A DNA stretch of 8,186 bases, taken from NCBI GenBank assembly GCA_048772705.1, contig JBLWGC010000210.1:1-8186 (forward strand), given 5' to 3'. Under the pieces are notes generated by a model. The model made no database searches and was not told the DNA's origin. It was given only the letters and a program-made list of their open reading frames with translations. The position numbers were made by a program, and so were the translations under genes. This DNA comes from Leidyana gryllorum EB-2025a. Its lineage: Eukaryota > Protista > Apicomplexa. Numbering within the stretch: the stretch's first letter is position 1; every line of letters starts with the position of its first letter. Of the stretch, positions 1-5,621 are shown piece by piece.

Positions 1-63
1 CATCAAAAAACACCGATAAACTTGTAACGAGATAAGGGTGACGACATCAAAAAATGTGATAAA
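1..63. repeat. Short direct repeat with 44-bp period at the window edge
   Basis: CATCAAAAAA at 1-10 and 45-54, each followed by GATAAA (15-20 and 58-63). Confidence 0.6.
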
Positions 64-1087
64 TTTCGCTTAGAGACACCCAATAACCTCAGTAGACGAG
101 AAATGCGGTAGGGGAGACTGAGAATGACTCAATGAGATGTTAGCTGGGGCGTCACTGGATGCTGGTTGGGGCAGGTAGCGACTAGTTTGCCTGTAACCTT
201 TGGTTCGGCGTTTCGGTCGGCTTCGATGGCTGTTGTGACTGCTGTTTGCTTTTGGATTATGTGGTTTATGTGGTTGTTTATCGCTGCATTGTACTGTGTT
301 TGCGTGTTTGCGACTGTTTAGCTTTCAATTCTCTACACGTTCCGGTTGCTGTAGCGTGCGCAAGTAAGGTCTGATGTGGTGTGTATTGTGCTAATAAAAG
401 ACTGTGACGATATAGCTGTGTTGCTTAGTATGTTGACAGGTATCGTGCTTGTTATGTATTGATTGGTGAGACTATATGAGCTGGAGATGCATGATTGTAT
501 GAGTGTATGGCGTGTATTTTGGTAACTGTGCTGTGATGTGTAGTATGCTCAGTTTGCTAAAGTGAATATGGAGCAACTTGGAAGGTTGTGTGTGAGTGAT
601 ATTGGTTTAGATGGTTTGTCTGTTAGGTGTGAAGGGTCTAGAGTGAGTCAGCGATTCGCTCGTTAAGTGAGGGAGTATTTGGAGAGGTATGAAAGCTTGT
701 AATGCTAGATATAGGGGAATCAAATACATCGGAGTTGAATTGAGAGTGTTGAGAAGAATGTCGTGAGTCCAATGCGTATCGTGGACGTTATGTATTGGAG
801 TGAATGGGTATCTGTAAGAATATGTGTATGGGGTCAAGTTATGCATGATATTTGGGTGTTGATTCGGACGACATGAATTTGGCTAATGATAGGTAGGTTA
901 ATAGGAGTATATTGACAATTGTGATGTAGTTCGAGGTGTGGTAAGAGGGTGGTGGTCAGTTGTTTGCTATAAAACATTGAGAGAGTGTATATATGCTAAG
1001 AGTTATGAGTATTCGAATTGTTAGTGTACGAGCGGGATGTTAAGGCTGATATGTATATTGAGTAATAGTGTGCGTGAGGAAGTATTG

Positions 1088-1141
1088 ATGGGGTGTGGGG
1101 AGCGCCCTTGTCGCTTCGCTCGGGCGCTTCCCCGTACCCAT
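1088..1141. other. Isolated GC-rich hairpin / inverted repeat
   Basis: GGGTGTGGGGAGCGCCC (1091-1107) pairs with GGGCGCTTCCCCGTACCC (1122-1139), with one bulge and two G-T pairs. The loop contains TCGCTTCGCTC. Confidence 0.75.
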
Positions 1142-1310
1142 TGTTTCTGTGAGACTTATTTATTGATGGAATAGTTAGCAACGTATCGTGAATGTGATAA
1201 GCAGAACGAACCAATGGCATCAATCTTGCGTGCAATTGCTCCGGAACGATATGTATGAGTTCAAATGACTTGTAAGAAGTGTCATTTAAGTACCTATCAA
1301 GTAGCAGTGT

Positions 1311-1643
1311 GAAACAAGTGTCAAACAACTCGGAAACCAGTGTCAAACAAGGCTCGAACATGTTGCAAACAAGTGTCAAACATGTCGCGAAGCAAGGGTC
1401 AAACAAGTTCGCAACAAGTCTCAAACATGTTGCAAACAACTCGCAAACAAGTGTCAAAAGAGTAGCAAACATGTGGCAAACAAGTGTCAAACAACTCGCA
1501 AACAAGTGTCAAACATGTATCAAGCAAGTGTCAAGCATGTGGCAAACATGTGTCAAACAAGTGAGAAGCATGTGTGTAACACGTGGCAAACAAGTAGCAA
1601 AACAAGTGCCAAAGATGTCGCAAACAAGTGTCAAACGAGTGTC
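1311..1643. repeat. 11-bp tandem minisatellite, about 30 degenerate units, consensus CAAACAAGTGT
   Basis: Units parsed by hand: CAAACAAGTGT, CAAACAACTCG, CAAACATGTTG, CAAACATGTGG and others, with a few 10- or 12-bp units. Confidence 0.95.
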
Positions 1644-1786
1644 TGTAAGTTTCCATCTCTGGTTCATCTACCCTCTCTGTTGTCTTGGTTCTGGAACGGT
1701 GGGTCATGGCTCGAGGGAGAATACTTGATCGCCTAGTGCGTCTGGTGTTCATTTCTAGATCGGTAAGTTCGCGTGTCTGTATTGCC

Positions 1787-1808
1787 GGTGTCTCCGTGCG
1801 GAGACACC
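1787..1808. repeat. Perfect 10-bp inverted repeat in LTR B
   Basis: GGTGTCTCCG-TG-CGGAGACACC. Confidence 0.9.
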
Positions 1809-1814
1809 CGTGTG

Positions 1815-1894
1815 TTCATGCAACCAAAAACGAATCACGTGTAAACTAGGACTATTCATGCAACTAAAAACAGATCACGCGTAAGGTAGGGCTA
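1815..1894. repeat. Two tandem 40-bp direct repeats in the U3-proximal part of LTR B
   Basis: 1815-1854 vs 1855-1894 match at 33/40 positions (TTCATGCAACYAAAAAC..ATCACGYGTAA..TAGGRCTA). Confidence 0.9.
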
Positions 1895-1913
1895 GACTTG
1901 ACTCGGTGTACCG

Positions 1914-3278
1914 CTACACTCCTCCCGCAGCAACTAGATCAACACCATCCAGCTCGTCCGGTGTAAATGGCGTTCCTGTGGTCTGTTCGTTCCACTCACG
2001 ACGGTATGCTAGGACAAGGTCTGTGGCATCCGCTTCGAGGATAGTTCTCAGTCGTTCCCACGTTGCTGCTTCTCTCGGATACCCACTCCATTGGACTAAG
2101 AACCTGAGTCCCCGATGGTCGAGTGTCTGGGCCAGGACTCGTTCCATGATATAGGTGTCGTTTGCGTCGTCGGTGGGGTCTCCGTTGAACTTCTTTAGTC
2201 TGCTGGCATGGAACCGCTTTAATCCGCGCCAGCTGGGTGGCATGTCCAGCTCGAAAACGTCTTTGTCAAGACGACGCAGGATGCGTCGGGGGGTGGTGTA
2301 CGGTCTTGCTAACTTGCCGCCTTTGCAGCCATGTAATCCTCGAGTGTCGACCAGGACATAGTCGCCCTCTTCCAGGTGGCATTCGCGTCGCCCTCTGTCG
2401 AAGACGGCTTTCTGCCGGGCTTGTGCTGCTCGTATCCTATCTTGGAGTGTGCTGACCGTCTCTGAATGCAATTCCAGTCCTCTGAAGGTCGGTGCGCTCC
2501 CGAGAGTAAGTGGGATTCTGGGGAGATATCCCTTCTCGGCCTGGAATGGGCTGATTCCGGTCGATGCGCTTGGCATAGAGTTATAGGCAAATTCGAGTGC
2601 GGGTATCAAAGGTTCCCACTTGGGATTCAGTTCAGTACATACACACCTCAACATCTGTATAAGGGTTCGGTGGGCCCTCTCTATAAGTCCATTGGTCTGC
2701 GGATGGGCGGTTGTGCTAGCTTTCAGCTTGGTTCCAGCCGCCTGCAGAAGACAGGTCCACATCTCGTTCATCCATCTCGGATCGCGGTCGGAGACGATCG
2801 TCTTTGGGTACCCGTGCTCCCGCACTATCCGCTGCATAAGGATTGTCGCTACTCCCACCTTGTCCACAGTGATGGAGCATGGTTCCAGTAATATACGGCG
2901 TGTAAGTCGGTCAATCATGGTCATGAGACAGTCTTTCCCACTGTCGGGGTCCGCTGGAAGTGAGATTAAATCAATCGAGATTGCCTCCCACGGCAATTCG
3001 GGTGGGTTCAGTGGGTTCAGGAGTCCTAGTGGCTTCGTCGTAATCGTCTTGGACCGTTGGCAGGCCAGGCAGTTGGCACAGTACTTCCTCACGTCTTCCG
3101 TTATTCCTGGCCAGTTGAATTGTCCTCGGATCTTCAGCAGGGTCTTGTCGTGCGCTAAATGGCCCGATAACAGGGAGTCATGGGATTCTGCTAGTACCAG
3201 GCGCCTCAGCTCATTGTCGGGCGGGACGTAGATACGGCCATACTCGTCCACAATGACACGCCCCTGCTTCTCGAATCC
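1914..3278 (-). CDS. pol: Element B Pol part 2: integrase + chromodomain, same frame as part 1, separated by one TAG
   Basis: HHCC (HDSLLSGH...CLAC), core SID/SDRD/GLIER, degenerate GPY/F region (RPYTTPRRI), chromodomain YIME...FLVQWSGY...TWE starting at 2153. Nine sense codons (GFEKQGRVI) link the TAG at 3279-3281 to the called GTG at 3251. Confidence 0.95.
   Translation of the reverse strand, partial: GFEKQGRVIVDEYGRIYVPPDNELRRLVLAESHDSLLSGHLAHDKTLLKIRGQFNWPGITEDVRKYCANCLACQRSKTITTKPLGLLNPLNPPELPWEAISIDLISLPADPDSGKDCLMTMIDRLTRRILLEPCSITVDKVGVATILMQRIVREHGYPKTIVSDRDPRWMNEMWTCLLQAAGTKLKASTTAHPQTNGLIERAHRTLIQMLRCVCTELNPKWEPLIPALEFAYNSMPSASTGISPFQAEKGYLPRIPLTLGSAPTFRGLELHSETVSTLQDRIRAAQARQKAVFDRGRRECHLEEGDYVLVDTRGLHGCKGGKLARPYTTPRRILRRLDKDVFELDMPPSWRGLKRFHASRLKKFNGDPTDDANDTYIMERVLAQTLDHRGLRFLVQWSGYPREAATWERLRTILEADATDLVLAYRREWNEQTTGTPFTPDELDGVDLVAAGGV
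1919..1926 (-). promoter_or_regulatory. Polypurine tract (PPT) of element B
   Basis: Minus strand GGGAGGAG directly followed by TGTAG. Confidence 0.8.
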
Positions 3279-5276
3279 CTATGGGATTGTGGTGAGTGAG
3301 CCTGTCACCTCCTCCAGTCGTTTATTAAAGTCCGTGTCTACCTGCACTTGTGTCGTGGTGGTCGTAAACACAGCGGCAGTGGTTCTGGTGGCTCCCGCTC
3401 GGCTGAGAAGGTCCGCAAGTACATTCTTTTCACCTGCAATATAGTCCAGTTTGCCAGGGTACTGGCTAATTTTGACCAGCCATCTGATAATTTTTGGGCT
3501 GAGAGCTGCATTGGATCGGTTGAGTATTGTCAAAGGCTTATGGTCGGTATGGATCTCAAAGTCCCGACTCAACAGGTAATGCTTCCATCTCTTCAATGCG
3601 CATAAGACAGCCCACAGTTCACGCTCGTGGACCGCCCAGTTGCGTTGAGTGTCATTCAGCTTCGAGCTGAAATGCTCCACTATGATGCGTTCGTTTCCTC
3701 GTTTCTGCTCAAGGGTTCCTCCCACAGCTTCGTTGCTTGCATCAGTGAATACATGAAATGTTAAGTTCTCGTCCACGATTCCCAAGGTAAGGTCTTCAGC
3801 GAATGCTCTCTTCAACTTCTCCCAATTCTGTTCATCTTCAGGTGTCCAGGCGATCCGGTCACCTTTTCTGGAGCATTGTTGGACCACGCGATGCAGCGGC
3901 GCTGCTAGGCGTGCAAAACTTGGGATGTACTTGGCGTAGTACGTCATCGCGCCTAAAACATGCCTGAGAGCGCCCATTGTTTCCGGTCGGGATAAGTTCT
4001 TGAAGATGTCCTGCTTGGCGGGATCGGGCCGGATTCCCTTCTGCGACAGGTGCTGTCCTACAAATCCCACTTCGGTGATGAAAAAGGTCGATTTGTTGGG
4101 GTGGACATGCAGCTGGTGCTTCGAGAGGCTGGTGAGGATATTTCTCAGGTCAATTCGGTGTTGGGCGGGTGAGGGACTGTACACTAGTATGTCGTCTACG
4201 TATGCTATGCAGCACCGGTTGATCCAGGGTCTGAGGATCTCCTCCATGAAAGCCACGAACGCCGGTGGGGCGTTTTTGAGGCCAAACGGTAAGACTTGCC
4301 ATTCATATTTCCCCAGTGGAGTGGAAAATGCTGTCAGATGCTGTGCCTCTGGGCGTACCAGAATCTGGTTGTACCCTGACTTGAGGTCAAGCTTCGAGAA
4401 CACTCGAGCGCCTCTCAGTGCTGTTGCCGTGAGCTCCGCCCGTGGTATTGGGTATGCATATGTCACAGTCTGATCGTTGAGATGCTTGTAGTTTATCACC
4501 ATTCTCGGAATGGGCGTGTCTTTCTTGGGGACCAGAAAGCATGGTGCCCCCCATTCCGATTTCGAGCTGGTGATCATTCCCATCTGAAGTAGCTCGTGGA
4601 TTTGGCGTTCGATTTCTCTTCTTTGGCTCTCCCCACAGGAGTAAGGTCGCTCGAAGTGTGGAGTGGCTCCTGGTTTCAACTTTATTTCAAAATCATGGAA
4701 GCCTCGTGACGGAGGCCTCCCTTCGGGTGGTTTGAACAGATGGCCGAACTCGCGAGTGATCCAGTTCTCTTCTTGTGGGACTTTGATGGTCTGTGCCGTT
4801 GCAGTGTTGATTTGCCACACCTGTTGCTCATTATCCAGGGTCTCAAACGCCTTGCGTTCGAGTATGGTGAGGTCTCCGTTCTGGTTTGTTCCTATCGCTA
4901 ATTGTAGGTCACAGATGGTGTCTAGTCCGAGTATAACAGCGTATGGTTTCACTTCGGCCACTTGCAGTCTTAGTTGGTATTGTTGACGTCCCTGAGTAAT
5001 GAGGTGAACACTGACCTGGCCACTTGTTTTCTGGTTGCCGATCCCGTATAACCAAGTGGCTGCTGCCTCGTTCACTCTCAGTTTGAGTCGTTCCACCATT
5101 GCTGGACTTATGACGTTCACATCCGCGCCCGTGTCTACCAGGCATAGCGCTGGTATCCGTGTTTCCGCCGTTCCAATCCACCATCGGACCGCTGCGTTCC
5201 GCTGCGTCCCTATTCGAAAGATCTTGGTCCCCCCCGTTCCCGTCACCACGGCTGGGGGGCTTCCTGAAAATCCTCC
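3279..5276 (-). CDS. pol: Element B Pol part 1: aspartic protease, reverse transcriptase, RNase H
   Basis: Protease LVDTGAD (5121-5135 encodes DTGAD) and ILGLD. RT motifs LDLKSGYNQ, LPFGLKNAP and YVDD (4191-4202). RNase H motifs FTDAS, ERELWAV, TDHKPL, ADLLSR. The frame is open from 5276 and is presumably entered by frameshift rather than at the GTG at 5249. Confidence 0.96.
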   Translation of the reverse strand, partial: GGFSGSPPAVVTGTGGTKIFRIGTQRNAAVRWWIGTAETRIPALCLVDTGADVNVISPAMVERLKLRVNEAAATWLYGIGNQKTSGQVSVHLITQGRQQYQLRLQVAEVKPYAVILGLDTICDLQLAIGTNQNGDLTILERKAFETLDNEQQVWQINTATAQTIKVPQEENWITREFGHLFKPPEGRPPSRGFHDFEIKLKPGATPHFERPYSCGESQRREIERQIHELLQMGMITSSKSEWGAPCFLVPKKDTPIPRMVINYKHLNDQTVTYAYPIPRAELTATALRGARVFSKLDLKSGYNQILVRPEAQHLTAFSTPLGKYEWQVLPFGLKNAPPAFVAFMEEILRPWINRCCIAYVDDILVYSPSPAQHRIDLRNILTSLSKHQLHVHPNKSTFFITEVGFVGQHLSQKGIRPDPAKQDIFKNLSRPETMGALRHVLGAMTYYAKYIPSFARLAAPLHRVVQQCSRKGDRIAWTPEDEQNWEKLKRAFAEDLTLGIVDENLTFHVFTDASNEAVGGTLEQKRGNERIIVEHFSSKLNDTQRNWAVHERELWAVLCALKRWKHYLLSRDFEIHTDHKPLTILNRSNAALSPKIIRWLVKISQYPGKLDYIAGEKNVLADLLSRAGATRTTAAVFTTTTTQVQVDTDFNKRLEEVTGSLTTIP
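5229..5273 (-). promoter_or_regulatory. Putative -1 programmed ribosomal frameshift signal (gag-pol)
   Basis: Slippery heptamer G GAT TTT (5273-5267) in the gag frame, a 7-nt spacer, then stem-loop CCCCCC-AG-CCGT-GGTG-ACGG-GAAC-GGGGGG. The pol (-1) frame opens just upstream of the heptamer. Confidence 0.8.
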
Positions 5277-5476
5277 TCACATTGGGTCGTGGGTTCGTTG
5301 TCTTCTGTTCTATCCGATGTGATCGCGTAGGTGCGTCGCTGAATGGGCGACGGTTTCTTCTGAGTGCGGTGGGGACAGTTTGGAGCCAAATGTCCACTGC
5401 CACCGCAGGTGTAACACAGTCTATAATTCTTTCCAGTCGTCGAAGCTACGGCTATTGTTCTAGAGCGTAAGTCCAT
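5243..5476 (-). CDS. gag: Gag C-terminal fragment (nucleocapsid CCHC zinc knuckle) of element B; no capsid domain visible
   Basis: CYTCGGSGHLAPNC = CX2CX4HX4C at 5375-5416. It ends ...EEDFQEAPQPW* and overlaps the pol frame by -1. An in-frame TAA 19 codons upstream of the ATG limits its length. Confidence 0.8.
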   Translation of the reverse strand: MDLRSRTIAVASTTGKNYRLCYTCGGSGHLAPNCPHRTQKKPSPIQRRTYAITSDRTEDNEPTTQCEEDFQEAPQPW

Positions 5477-5621
5477 GGCAAGCAGGCACTCAAAAGGTAA
5501 GTTCGAATCTAAAAGTTGATCTCTGTGTCTCCGTTAATGCCGGAGCCGGCCGGCCCGGAGACGGAGACACACACACGGGTGAACCGGTCCCGGCCAGTCA
5601 CCGATGAGCGTCCCCCTTACA
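5410..5621 (-). repeat. 3' LTR of element A (start at 5621 well supported; distal end uncertain)
   Basis: Begins TGTAAG directly after the PPT and shares motifs with the LTR of element B. The first TTACA inverted terminus is at 5410-5414, but it overlaps the zinc-knuckle codons. Alternative CA ends lie at 5456 (AGAACA) and 5476 (TGCCA). Confidence 0.55.
5524..5571. repeat. Perfect 11-bp inverted repeat in LTR A with a 26-nt CCGG-rich spacer
   Basis: TGTGTCTCCGT (5524-5534) ... ACGGAGACACA (5561-5571). Confidence 0.9.

Larger units (their letters stand above)
1644..1918 (-). repeat. 3' LTR of element B (275 bp)
   Basis: Starts TGTA after the PPT and ends TACA (plus strand TGTAAG at 1644), exactly where the 11-bp satellite stops. 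The partner LTR is not in the window. Confidence 0.8.
1644..5476 (-). mobile_element. Chromovirus LTR retrotransposon B, 5'-truncated or interrupted in gag
   Basis: Gag tail, frameshift signal, PR-RT-RH-IN-CHD, PPT and LTR in canonical order. Confidence 0.92.

Noticed and set aside
607-846. 79-aa minus-strand ORF as a host gene
   Set aside because: It is short, compositionally biased (H/T/P/L), has no recognisable domain, and lies in the degenerate duplicated region.
1311-1643. CRISPR-like array
   Set aside because: Units are 11 bp and contiguous, with no unique spacers and no cas genes; the context is eukaryotic retroelements.
996-1752. ORFs of 73-169 aa on both strands over the 11-bp array (e.g. 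repeating QTSVKQVAN)
   Set aside because: The repeat consensus lacks stops in several frames, the 11-bp unit is not a codon multiple, and some of these ORFs cross the LTR boundary. They are artefacts of the satellite.
129-3281. Alternative genetic code (TAA/TAG = Gln), suggested by the TAG in pol B and a minus-strand frame at about 129-548 broken only by one TAG and one TAA
   Set aside because: There is only one internal TAR in nearly 2,000 pol codons, and both pol genes end at TAA/TAG. The left frame has no ATG or recognisable motif, and its A/C-rich composition makes stops scarce.
5458-5475. tRNA primer-binding site (minus strand CA|TGGACTTACG...)
   Set aside because: It begins with TGG after a CA, but I cannot match it to a tRNA 3' end, and it overlaps the gag-fragment start codon. 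A tRNA search would be needed.
5500-5510. Pol III B-box / tRNA fragment (AGTTCGAATCT)
   Set aside because: No cloverleaf or convincing A-box is present, and it is explained as part of the LTR box shared with element B.
5410-5621. This segment as the 5' LTR of element B
   Set aside because: It is not a direct repeat of 1644-1918 beyond short motifs, and it directly follows A's PPT.
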